Source: Schizochytrium sp. TIO01
Taxonomy: Eukaryota > Protista > Bigyra: Labyrinthulomycetes
Assembly: GCA_004764695.1 (NCBI GenBank)
Contig: SMSO01000008.1
Span: forward strand, 186,001 to 250,000
Length of the DNA stretch: 64,000 bases
Direction: 5' to 3'
How positions within the stretch are numbered: position 1 is the stretch's first letter; the number at the start of each line of letters is the position of its first letter. The notes under the pieces were generated by a model that worked only from the letters and a program-made list of their open reading frames with translations, ran no database searches and had not been told where the DNA came from. This document shows positions 1 to 11,040 of the stretch, piece after piece. Both the position numbers and the translations under genes were made by a program.

Positions 1-1002
1 ATTGACGCGGCTGGCCCGGAAGGATCTATTGCTAAATACATTAATGATCACGTTGATAAAACTCGCCACAATGTTAAGTTTGCAAAGCAAGGGAATCAGA
101 TTTTCGTGCGTGCAATGAGAGATATTGAACCCGGCGAGGAGCTATTTGTGGATTATGGCCGAGGGCACTGGCTTTTCTGTGGCAGTGCAGCCTTTCTAGG
201 CTTAAATATAGTCGAGGGTGATGAAAGATTTCCTTCAAAGCGCGTACTAAAGGCTGCGAACGGTTTTGGGTCACACGAAGTAATATGCTGTCTAAGCTCC
301 TCAGCTATGGCCGATGTAGATGGTTTAAGTAGTGCCGTTGTGTATGCCTCTTCGGTAGGGTCTGACATGGACCGACTGGATGCTAACTGTCGACTCAAGC
401 CAAGCCCATTTGTCCACAAAACCACAATGGTTACCTCTTTGCGTCCTATATCCCCTGGCGAAGCCATTATCGTTCGAGCACAAGATCGATTAGGAGTTGG
501 GGTGTCCATGATCGGTGCAAAAGGAATGGGAGCGTTTGCACGGGAGGAGCTCTTACCAGGCCAAATCCTGGGTACCCTCCAGGGAAATAAGCTTGTTGGG
601 AAAACTGCGCTTCGCGTGCTGCTCGAGGAAAAACCTAGTGCGGCGCCATGCATATTCACATTGATCCCGCTATGCGACAACGAAGTTCTGGATAGCTTTT
701 CTTTAGAGGATGAAAACGACCATGAAGACGAAAATAGCCCCACTGATGACAGCCATGGAAAGAAGCAGACTTGCTTTTTTATGGATCCGACCGATCCTCA
801 GGGGCGCCTTAAACCATTTGAAACTCCTCATGTATGCTTCATTGCTCGCCATCCTGAAAATGCCGCAGTGAATTGCGACATGCAGCGCGCATCTCCAAAC
901 AGTGATGATATTTTTATTGTCGTGACTAAACGCATTGCCTCTGGGGAAGAAGCCTTTTTACCAGCCAAGACACATCCATGCCTTGAATTGCAGTCTGCTT
1001 AA
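1..1002 (+). CDS. Tandem SET-domain protein, 5' end outside window
   Basis: The frame is open from base 1: IDAAGPEGSIAKYINDH...HNVKF...FVRAMRDIEPGEELFVDYG, matching the SET C-terminal motifs RFINH and GEELxxDY. Two further SET-like units follow (..NCRL..TSLRPISPGEAI; GMGAFAREELLPGQILG..NC..IFIVVTKRIASGEEAF). Stop TAA at 1000-1002. Confidence 0.85.
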   Translation: MDAAGPEGSIAKYINDHVDKTRHNVKFAKQGNQIFVRAMRDIEPGEELFVDYGRGHWLFCGSAAFLGLNIVEGDERFPSKRVLKAANGFGSHEVICCLSSSAMADVDGLSSAVVYASSVGSDMDRLDANCRLKPSPFVHKTTMVTSLRPISPGEAIIVRAQDRLGVGVSMIGAKGMGAFAREELLPGQILGTLQGNKLVGKTALRVLLEEKPSAAPCIFTLIPLCDNEVLDSFSLEDENDHEDENSPTDDSHGKKQTCFFMDPTDPQGRLKPFETPHVCFIARHPENAAVNCDMQRASPNSDDIFIVVTKRIASGEEAFLPAKTHPCLELQSA

Positions 1003-1812
1003 ATACTTACCCACATAATTCCTTAGAATCGTGCATGACATTCCGCAAACCTTTTAGTCTTTACCTTGACGATGTATCATCTCGTTTGGTTTGGTATTAT
1101 TGGTTGTATTTGCGGGTTATGTATCCCTGGACAAGTGACCCCGATAACTTCGCCCAAGACATAGTATATCCCATTTATGTAAAATCAAGAAAGAATATAA
1201 AGAATTTAATCATCTAATCATTCTGACTGGTTCTGCGTTTTAGTTTATTCTCAACAATATATCATTGCAACAACAAAAAACCGTCTTTAAACTGGCTATC
1301 GGAGAATACTGGCAGTCAACTTGAAGTCCCAGTAAGTTATTAACGTCCGCTAGCTCCGCTTTTGGGAAGCATTGCTGAGGTTATGCATGACAAGTGTGAA
1401 GGGAAGTGAGTTTCTGCACAGAACATCAAGATGCAATTTGGACAGGAAGAAGTAATGTCTCAAGTTTAACTTGAGCTGTACTAGCGCGTCTTATATACAT
1501 GCCTTGGATTTGATTCTTTATAGATCTACCAAAGAACCATTGTCATGCATGAGAACACTTCAAGTTGTCTTACTTTAGAGAAGAAGGGTTTTGATTTTCA
1601 AAGTTTTTTGTTTTTTTGTTTATCAAGAGGATCAAGCGAAAAACTAGTGAGGAGTTGTCTAGCATATTTTTATAAAGATGGAAGATAGCTCTTCGTAATA
1701 GGGGTACTGGTTTGAAAGTAAGGGAATAGAGACCTGTCGAGTCAGATGCTGTGCGGTAAGTCAAAATTCCGAATCGAGGAAAATGATTCAAGAATGTTTA
1801 TTAGTGCTTTAT

Positions 1813-3923
1813 CTAGAAGAGATTCTTCGATTTTTTCATGTTGTCTCGTTTCCATTTTGGTTGAGAGTTGAATGAGGCCCGGGGCATGCCGAAGACCTTC
1901 TGAAATTCATCATCTCGTAGGTATTCCTCTAGCCGTCGGGGATCCATATCTGGTACACTGCGGTTCACAACCTCGTCCATAGTATACATGGGAGAAGGCG
2001 CAGCCGTTGTTTGTGCTGGAGCTGGAGCCGGAGCCGGGGCAGGCTCTGGAGATGATGTATAATGTGGAGCAGACGGTGAATGAGAAGCAGTAGCAATGGT
2101 ACTCATAGGAGCAGCGTAAGAGGGGGAGCTCGCAGATGGAGTTCTTTGGGGAAGAGGAGGCTGGTATGAAGATCCAGATGAAGAGGTTTGCACAGTCTCG
2201 CGCATTGTTAAACGACTTGACAGCTCATTTGCTAGGTTCGAAGCTGCACCAGGTTGCTCGTGGTATTGTTCGCGCTGTTGAGCTGACGGTTGTTGCATAT
2301 AAGGAGAAGAACTGTTCTGCTGTTGATTATACCAAGAAGATTCAGCCTGAACTGGCGATGCCTCAGGAATTGAAGATGTATAGGAAGAATGTCCAAATGA
2401 GTCTTCGTAGGTATTGGCAGGTTTGTTAACACCATACGAGTGTGGAGTAGGTTGTGGAGGTGAGGGTGGCAGAGGTACATGCTGGCTTGCAGCATGTTGC
2501 GGGCGTTCCCATTGTGTCTCATTTGTAGTCTCGTTCCAGTAGTACACTTGGCCATCAGCAGTTTTGACTTCTTGCCAACCTAGCGGCAAACCTGAAGATG
2601 ATGGAGCAGGGGCAGGCACACCACTGTGTTGTTGATAGGGAGGTTCATAAGCCGTAGTAGGCGTACCTGTTGAATGATCATTCCAGCCTCCAGAAGTTGG
2701 AGGATCGTAAGAGGTCTTTGCAGTTGTTCCTCCCCAAGCACTTGAAGATCCCGACGCCGGGGTAGCTGTTGGATAGTCCAATCCGTAAGAGTTGGTGTGG
2801 TTCGAGGACGTTGCACTTGGTCCAAGAGACTCCGTATCATCTTCAAAATACGAAGCATTGTGAGGCACGTCGTCCTGCCCATCATCAGCCGATACTTCTT
2901 GGTGGAAAGACCCAGTGCGGCTATCACGATACTCAAAATCTGCAGTTTTGGAATGCGTAACAACTCGCAGCGTATTGTACAATTGACGCAAATCCTCATT
3001 TTGAGGAGGGGGTACTGCACCTGTCAAGATTGCTGTGGGTGAGCATTTCTGTCCATAAAACTTTGCATTGTCAGAGTCACGAGCAAAGAGAATGGCTCCC
3101 TGAAGTGCAAGACCAGCAAAAACTCCGCGACTGTGGCTGTAACTATAACAGGCAGCAATGCCGCCATCACCTGCGTTAATGCCAGCATCTGCATCTCGAC
3201 CAATAGGCCCGGCTGCAATGGACAAATTACCACCAAATTTAATCTGACCCCTTCCAGAGAAGGCTTTTACAGCAAGAGAGTTGTTTAGGATAATCACAGA
3301 GTCTGTTAAGCTTCCGCCAACCTGCAGGCCCCATCCAAGGCCACCAACGCCTAAAGAAGAAGGACCTGACCAGCTTCCATCGGGAAGTCTGGCAATAACA
3401 ATACCGCTGCCGACTGTTCCGGACCACACAAAGCCTGCCCGAAGCTGTGTTACAAATGCAATCCCCTTTGCATTTTGAAGAATACGCATCGGGATACCCT
3501 GATCTTTGCTCAGGTATTTTGGATGAATAAGTCTACGTCAATAGTAAGTCGTTGTAAGTCAGTAAATAATGATTGATTCAGAGAGCACGAAGCCGGAAAA
3601 GTATAAAGCAACCAAACAATCGTTAAAGACAAATTTAAGCACCCGTTAGTTTCTCATATTCGTTTATACGTACAGCACATTTTGGCAATGCAAAGCACAT
3701 CTTAAATGTAGTCTACTGCTCCTGTCCAGAGAGTTTAAGGAGGAGAAGCAAGCTTTTTAGATTAAAGATATGTGATACTTCTATTCAATCACACCGTCTA
3801 AACATTATTCTGGTTCAGGGATGGCAGCAATGCAACGAAAACTTACTTGAGCATAACCTTATAGGCTTTATGCACTTGCCCTTTCATGGTCAGGCGCTCA
3901 CTTCGTCTTCCCTTTGACGACAT
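1813..3923 (-). CDS. SYLF/Ysc84 (SH3YL1-like) actin/lipid-binding protein with WW and villin headpiece domains; exons 3923-3847 and 3532-1813
   Basis: SYLF motifs AKGIAF..AGFVWSG..GSGIVIAR..WSGPS and YSYSHSRGVFAG. WW domain LPLGWQEVKTADGQVYYWNETTNETQWERP. C-terminal headpiece EEYLRDDEFQKVFGM..F..QPKWKRDNMKKSKNLF. The GTAAGT..TAG intron 3846-3533 joins MSSKGRR..VMLK to LIHPKYLSKDQGIPMRIL in frame. Confidence 0.9.
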
Positions 3924-6107
3924 TTTTGCTTGTTGAGACCTTCTTGTTCCAACTCAACCTGTTCGAAACCAGAAATGTGCCGTCGCACGCCTTGTGCAAG
4001 TAAGAGCAAAAGTGCTCTTGTCGGCAAGGGGCTAAAAGTCCAACTATGTGCGAGTGGCAGCGAGGCAGAAGGACCACGAAGAGAAGAAGAACTAGGCTTA
4101 AACAGCTGGATTCCTTCTCAGTAAGTCAGTAGCCTCCAGACTAGCTGTTACACTTCTGATACTGTCAGCGCTTAGCACGAAAGACGCTAGCTGCTCCCTG
4201 GTCGGAACTCAATCTACAGGCACAGCTTTCGTTGCGTCTTTGGCTGACCTCCGAATAAAATGATATGATCACCAGACTCGCTTTGTATAAAAGAAGAAAA
4301 AGAAGCAGGAAAAGAAGAAGCTCTGATGCTCTACTACTAAACCCACTACTACATATAGGTACCTACTAGGAGCCTATCTAGTAGGTAATTAATTACTAGT
4401 AGGTGTTACCTCTGTGAAGGATAGGGGCAAAATCTTTTTTTACAATCTCTCAATCGACTTAAGAGTCCTTCGTTCTGACTAGCAGTCTTTACTTACGATG
4501 ATGGCCTCAGCTGTTTGTTTCTTTGTTCCAAGGATAGAAATACTCTCAGCTCTTCAACCAAGAGTACATAATAACTACTACCTACTACCGGTAGAGTCAG
4601 CAGCAATGCGAAGAAAACCAAAACCTAAATTTCTAATAAAGAGAAGAAGCCATGACCATTGATCCATCACAGGCAGAGCACATGCGGGGCGTGACCATAG
4701 AATGTGAGGAGGAAAGAGGGCAATGGTCTCCTAAACAAATAGTCAGACCTGTAGGTCATGACGAAAGCTGTTTAATTCTCCATGGGGGAGCAAGTAATGT
4801 GCTGAAACAATACCAACTACATATCAACATACATGTTTTAACTTGAACCCAAATTCTTGTGGGAATAGCTTATACCTGGTAAAAGTGATGAACAATACAA
4901 TCCTCTTGACTCAAACCCGGTACCTGCTGAAGAAATAAGCGGCAATGGCAGAGCCTACTACAACCAAGGTAAGCAAAGTATCTTGTACTTGAGATCTCAC
5001 CCTATAAAAGTATTTATAACCCTGGAGAGAACACTCTCACTTGCCAGTGGCTACCCATATTGACAGGATATTTTACTTTGAAAAGCTAAAGCCAAAAATT
5101 ATGTCGCTGGTACCTGGTATACCTGTAGAGACAGCGTTTTTGTACTATCTAGTTTGCATTGAAGTTCTCTCAAGTAGGACAGATTGTTTTCTACGAAATC
5201 CCTTCAAGAGACGTCACTGAATATGCTATATAGGCATTTACTGAAGGCTGTCTGATGGTAATAGGACAACTTCCACTGTCTCTGATACCCTGGGCGACGA
5301 GGGTGTAGCACGAGGTTGCTTTGTAGATTATTTTTGGCAGTAAGATACATTCAAGCAAATCCAGCTCAGGACAGCCTGCATGTCGTAAAATGTCATAATT
5401 GCAATTTCAAGATGCCTTCTTTGGAGATCTTATAGCATTGTTGGTTAAGCTGCAAATTATGGATTTGGAGATGAATATCAAATAAGAAGCTGGCACTAAC
5501 TTGAATTCGAACACAGCCTGAGAAGGAGAGCTGGGTCCTTTTCTTATTTTTTATTTGTTTTTATTTGCTTTTTTAATGAAAAGTGTTTAATATCCTTATT
5601 GTTCTGAGATAGTTAGAAAGTAGCACCTTTTCTCAGATCAGAGCAGAACTAACATTTGCAAAACATTTCTTTTTGCTACCTTAATATACTAGATGAGTAT
5701 AAATTTTAACCACCTTGTCAGGGTCAGAGGTTAGGTACTCCTGAAAACCTTACCTGAGTACAAGTAATTCTTTATTGTATGTATAGGCCTATATATATAA
5801 AATATCTTAAATTAAAAAATATATAATATATAATATAGGAGGAGCCTGTCAAGTAGTATGTAGTAGGCAGGTATAGGTAGGTATGTATGTAGGTTAGATA
5901 CCTACCTACCTAGGTAAAGAGCTTCTCAAAAAAATAAGCAGCCGTGACGAGGTGAACCAGGACGAGGAGATACAAGATAGAGCTCAAAAGTAGCTGAGAC
6001 ATTTTGGCGTTGCCGTTAGCTAGAATAAGTTCGCAGCCTTGCAACAAATAAATCGTCAGGGCAGTAAGACAGGACGTAGCAAACGATCTAGCAGGCTTCT
6101 CGTGCCC

Positions 6108-7238
6108 ATGAGGCTAGTCATTGAACCTTCACGTGCTCAAGCTGGTGTATTTGCTTCAGAGTACGTTTCCTATATCAGGTGCAACATTTATGTGGAATTG
6201 CAAAGACCAGCCATCAGTGATTACTTGGTATCTTTATCTGTTTTGCATGGGGATTGCATGCACGCTTATTTAAGAACTTGATGCTGCTTTCTTGGATATC
6301 GTTACACTAACAAATAGCCGTAAGACAACTTCGTCATACCTAGATACCTTGTCGAGAGAATCACCAAATGGTGCGAACAGCTCGAAGAGGAGCAGGCGCC
6401 TGGAGATAGTTCTTCTAAAACCCAAATTTTCGGGCTTTGTCTCTCTGGCCATGGGAAGATAATGTCAGAAGTTCTCGCTGCGCTCGTAAAGGCCTACCAG
6501 AATGGTGACCTTTCATTCGAAAATGTTGCGCTCTTTGTTACAGATGAGTTTGTAGGCCTTGGAAAGGGCCACCCTTCCTCGCAACACTACTATATGTGGC
6601 ACAAGCTGCTGAAATACATTAACATACGTCGGGAGAATGTTCATATCCTTGATGGCTCGTTACCCTCTGCTCAAGAGCGTGCCCAAGAGTGTCATGAGTT
6701 TGAGAAGGCCATCCGTGATGCAGGGGGGCTCGAAATTGTGGTTACAGAGAGCGGCGTAGCTGGTGACTTGGGTCGAAATGGGCCAGGCTCTTCTTTATTA
6801 GGGATTACAAAAGAGCGCGTGCTTGATTACACGGCTAGTGTCACTATTGCTGAAAGCCTTTTCGAGGGTGATATCAACGCGGTTCCTCATACAGTACTCA
6901 CAATTGGGCTTGCTGCCATTTCCAACGCTCGCGAGGTCTTAGTTCTCTTCTCAGGACTGGAAAAAGCTGTAGCTCTAGAGAACTGTGTGGAAAAACCAAT
7001 CAACCACATGTGGCCAGTATCTGTTCTACAAACTCATAAATGCGTCCTGCTTGTGTGTGACGAGCCAGCAACAATGGAACTCCGCGTTCGAACAGTGAAG
7101 TACTTTGAAGGGTTGCAAAAAACTGCAAACCTTGGCAAGCTTGAGGCATCAGCACATCTTACCAAACAGCCATCGAAACATCGTCTACAACGACTGTCCT
7201 CCTCACAGATTCCCTTGTCGTTGGGCATCAACGAATAA
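6108..7238 (+). CDS. Glucosamine-6-phosphate deaminase (NagB/GNPDA) homologue, probably catalytically inactive; exons 6108-6160 and 6344-7238
   Basis: MRLVI start, NGDLSF, DEFVGL..HPSS.HYYMW, ENVHILDG, NHMWPVS.LQ.H and CDEPATMELRVRTVKYF all follow GNPDA. The intron 6161-6343 (GTACGT..TAG) keeps frame. Confidence 0.9.
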
Positions 7239-7788
7239 TCTCTTGATCTTTTTCAAGATTCTTTCGCGGAAAGCAACCAATAGAAGCGGAATTAATGAAA
7301 TTTGTGAACCATATCAGTATTTCTTCTCAGAGCTTGAACTATATCGTATCATTCTTTGAAAACACAGAGTGCATGAGTTGCAAACAACTTCTAGAACAAC
7401 AAAGTCCCAAGCCTAGACTTGACCATGCACATGGACAAAAGAGCGCATATATAATTTCTTTGTTTTGTCCTTGTTCTTCATACAGATACTATGCACATTT
7501 GAACACGGGCTAAACTTGTAGGGTTGCATGGTTGTTCTAATAAAGCTTGAAGGGCAACCAACATAGTATTTTCAGAAAGATTTGAGTTCTATGTTTATTT
7601 TATTTTTAGATTTTAGAAAATACAAATAAAGAATTAATAAACTTTATAAACATGTGTTTCTCTGTACAGAGGGAACTCTCTTGGCAGTCCTCTATTCTCA
7701 ATCCCCTTATACAAACGCCCGGTTCAGATGTTGAAGGTATGTATTGTAGGCACCCACAGTGATATGATGCCTTTTAAACTAACATTTT

Positions 7789-10700
7789 TCACATTGCATT
7801 ACACTCAGACGTATGAGAATCAGATCTCGTCTTTCCGGCACGTCCTCGATGTTTCAGTTCGTCCACCCCATCGGACGCCTCCTGAAGAAGAATAGCCGGC
7901 ATCGGGGAGGGCGGAGATGAAGATAACGAGGATCGACTCTGCAAAATTGGAGACTTCGCACTAGGAGCTCTTGCAACCCGTGGAGGCGGCCGGGGCTGAG
8001 CGCGTAGCCACGGATGTTCCAGTGCGTGGCTAGGGGTTAGACGCTTGTGAGGATTGGCCTCAAGCACATTGATCAGAAAGTGTTTTGCTTGACCTGATAG
8101 GTCCATGCCTTCAAGGTCGACTTCGCATTTTCGATTCGCTCGTAGAGTGTCTTGAGTATTTCCACGTTGGAAGGGCTCTCGACCGCATAATAAAGTGTAT
8201 ACAATGACGCCAACAGAGAACATATCCACGTTGGAGGTATAACGTGCACCCTGTTTACAAGCAAGGATTTCAGGAGCAACATAGCCAGGAGTTCCACAAC
8301 GCCCCGTGAGCATACCTTGGGGGTCTATGTAAGTTGCCATACCGAAGTCAATCAAGCGTAACCCTGACCGCAGCTCAAATGGGCTCAGAAAATGGAATCG
8401 CTCTCCACGTCCTCGAATCAGCGTTACATTTGACAGTTTCACATCTCGATGTGCAACTCGATAATAGTCTAGTTGTTCTAGAATTCTTACTAGAGCAATG
8501 GCAACATCGGCAGCGCGTGACTCGGAGAATTTCCGATCTTTGGAAGTACGTAAGAGCTCGTGCAGATTGCATCGATCCATTAACTCCATCTCGATCACAA
8601 GAAGACTTGGTGTCTCGAAAACTCGTAGAATTGGAACGCAACCCAAATCTCGACCTGTCGAAACCATCCGCTCTGTGAGGTAGGTTTGCGTGCTAATTTC
8701 TCGAGCCAGAGCTCGGGGTCTTTCCTTTCCCATTGCAATAAGCTCATAGTAATCACTTTTATTTACAACTTTTACTGCACTTCGACGACCATCCGCAGCG
8801 CGAGTGCATTCATGGACTTCAGCATAACGCCCTACGCCAAGTCGCTCATCCACATTAATCTGGTATAAATCAGCAATACGTAATGCAGAGTTATGTGCAA
8901 TTTGATTCCTCCAAATCTGCACATCTTGATGGCCCATGGGTTGAAGTTCAACAACAACGCCTGGGGACGATTTTGCTGCCCCGCCTTGATCCATCGAAAA
9001 GAGGTCACCGCCAGAGTTAGAGGTGACCATTGTAGGAGTTCGTGAGCGATGGCTTACGCGAGAGAGAGCAGAACCAGTTCGTAAAGGCCCGCCTCCTGCT
9101 AGAAGTGGGGGGGTGCGTGACGGAATTGGGACACGGACACCCTCGTCCATGCTTTGCACAGAGGAGCGGAGTTGGTGCCAGCGCATGCTTTCAACACCCG
9201 CTGCCATTTTTTCTGGTGACCGTGTGACTAAAGAATTCACTAGACGAGCTCTGTCTGCAGATGGACTGGACTCCAAAGCTTCCTGGAACGAGATAAGCAA
9301 AGAACCAGCAGTTGTTACACTAGTCACCACCTCTGATAGGCCGATGCAGCCAATTGGGGCAGGATCCTTGCGTGACTCATATTCAAACAAAAAGTTATCT
9401 GTTAAAACATAGAATCTCTTGTGCCACATTGAGTTCCCACGCCCGGCAAGCCGCGCACGAAAATGCCCCTTAAGTACATGCGGTGAATTTTCCAATAGTT
9501 TTCGTACAGCACGTTGGTGCGCAGCATCTCCTACCAGCAAGGCAGCAGGGGCAAGCCACTTAGGGTCCGGGCCCACCACCGTATCTTTTACACGGCGAAG
9601 AGCGTGCCAGGGTTTGGGGCGCCCTGGTATTTCATAAGAGCCCAGAGATGCCCCACTTAACGACGAACCTGTTGCACGAAAAGCCATTGGCCTACCTGGT
9701 ATACGCAAATGTAGACGGTCACCTTCAAAGGTTTGCTGGGCAGTCATGTCATCAGCAGAAATATGAAGTCTTGGTTGTGGCACAGCGGCCGCAAGAGAGG
9801 CTGTTTCTCCTGCACTCAGAGAAGAATCAGACGCTGATGAACTCAAAGGCTCCTCGTCGGTTTCTATATCACTATCCATACTGGGTTCAAGATCAAAAAT
9901 GAACCCACTTCCAGAAACTAGAGGAGCGCTTGGCGTTTTCCCAACTTCCGAAGAGTAATACGTTGTACTCTTCTTGAGAGAGCTAATGGGAAGCGTTGGA
10001 GAAGCAAAATTGGACCCCAGCGTTATTGTCCTCATTAGGCCTTGGCCACTTTGATCTATGCTTGAGGAGTCCCATATAACCTGCCCTTGGAGATCACCGC
10101 TCTCGAGCTCCGAATGGTTGATGGTGAGTTGTCCCCGCGATGCAGAGCTTTCCCAATCGCTATTTGGTCCTGTTTCTGCGTCATCATCTTGTTCAGCAGC
10201 TTCTTGATGATTAACACACAGGGACAAGCTAGCAAGCCCTGCGTCATCTTCTGAACTACTCTTCAAGTTTTTCTCTTGATCCAATGAGTTTATCGTACCG
10301 GAGTGAATACGTGGGGCAGATAACCCGGCGTGCGTTACTACTGCTCTTGCTTCTCTTTGATCAGATAAGAGATTTACCCGTCGTTGATTTTCTTGTTGGT
10401 CTATGACCCACAAGCGCCAACGAGCATTCTGTACACGTCGCTTGAATCGTGTGTTTGATTTCTCATTTGGCGATTTGGGTGTTGCAGTGCGCGCAAGGGA
10501 AATAAGTAAACCTTTACGCCATTGACCAAATTCCAATTGTCGCAACCTCTTTACCGAGGCAGCAGATGCGCGTTCTTGCTCCTGAGTAAACTTGGTTCTT
10601 GCAATGCCAGCTGATGTTGATGCTGATTCTGACGATTTTGAGGGAGATAATAATGATGTGTCAGGCCCTTTGGATACTCCAGATTGCCCACATATACCAG

Positions 10701-11040
10701 ATGAATTATTGAGGTTATGTCGGGAGTCCAAGACGACTTGCTGATCATATAGTGCAGCGTTGCTTGGCTTATTCGAAACTGGCATTGCTGTCTCATGCTT
10801 TTCAGCAGTCATCTTGAGCTCCTGAGACGGAAAGATCTGCTCCCGCAAAGGATGAGATTGGCCTCGCACGGACACTTCATTCTGACGATGTTGTGCCTGT
10901 GCCAGCATCGAATGCTGTTCATGTTCGTATTGATGCTTTTTCTGCTTTTGCTGTCGCAACTGCTCTTCTTCCTCTTCTGCTTGCTGCATTCCAATTCGTT
11001 GTTCTACCTCGGGTAAAACGTGGTCTGCCTGCATAAGCAT
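7789..11040 (-). CDS. Ser/Thr protein kinase (CAMK group) with PH domain and long low-complexity N-terminus
   Basis: Kinase motifs LGVGRYAEV, AVK, HRDVKLSN, DFG, CGTPGYVAPE, DMFSVG. PH motif LKGHF..WHKRFYVLTDNFLFEY. First in-frame ATG is at 11040 (the ORF track starts at an upstream TTG). Confidence 0.92.
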   Translation of the reverse strand: MLMQADHVLPEVEQRIGMQQAEEEEEQLRQQKQKKHQYEHEQHSMLAQAQHRQNEVSVRGQSHPLREQIFPSQELKMTAEKHETAMPVSNKPSNAALYDQQVVLDSRHNLNNSSGICGQSGVSKGPDTSLLSPSKSSESASTSAGIARTKFTQEQERASAASVKRLRQLEFGQWRKGLLISLARTATPKSPNEKSNTRFKRRVQNARWRLWVIDQQENQRRVNLLSDQREARAVVTHAGLSAPRIHSGTINSLDQEKNLKSSSEDDAGLASLSLCVNHQEAAEQDDDAETGPNSDWESSASRGQLTINHSELESGDLQGQVIWDSSSIDQSGQGLMRTITLGSNFASPTLPISSLKKSTTYYSSEVGKTPSAPLVSGSGFIFDLEPSMDSDIETDEEPLSSSASDSSLSAGETASLAAAVPQPRLHISADDMTAQQTFEGDRLHLRIPGRPMAFRATGSSLSGASLGSYEIPGRPKPWHALRRVKDTVVGPDPKWLAPAALLVGDAAHQRAVRKLLENSPHVLKGHFRARLAGRGNSMWHKRFYVLTDNFLFEYESRKDPAPIGCIGLSEVVTSVTTAGSLLISFQEALESSPSADRARLVNSLVTRSPEKMAAGVESMRWHQLRSSVQSMDEGVRVPIPSRTPPLLAGGGPLRTGSALSRVSHRSRTPTMVTSNSGGDLFSMDQGGAAKSSPGVVVELQPMGHQDVQIWRNQIAHNSALRIADLYQINVDERLGVGRYAEVHECTRAADGRRSAVKVVNKSDYYELIAMGKERPRALAREISTQTYLTERMVSTGRDLGCVPILRVFETPSLLVIEMELMDRCNLHELLRTSKDRKFSESRAADVAIALVRILEQLDYYRVAHRDVKLSNVTLIRGRGERFHFLSPFELRSGLRLIDFGMATYIDPQGMLTGRCGTPGYVAPEILACKQGARYTSNVDMFSVGVIVYTLLCGREPFQRGNTQDTLRANRKCEVDLEGMDLSGQAKHFLINVLEANPHKRLTPSHALEHPWLRAQPRPPPRVARAPSAKSPILQSRSSLSSSPPSPMPAILLQEASDGVDELKHRGRAGKTRSDSHTSECNAM

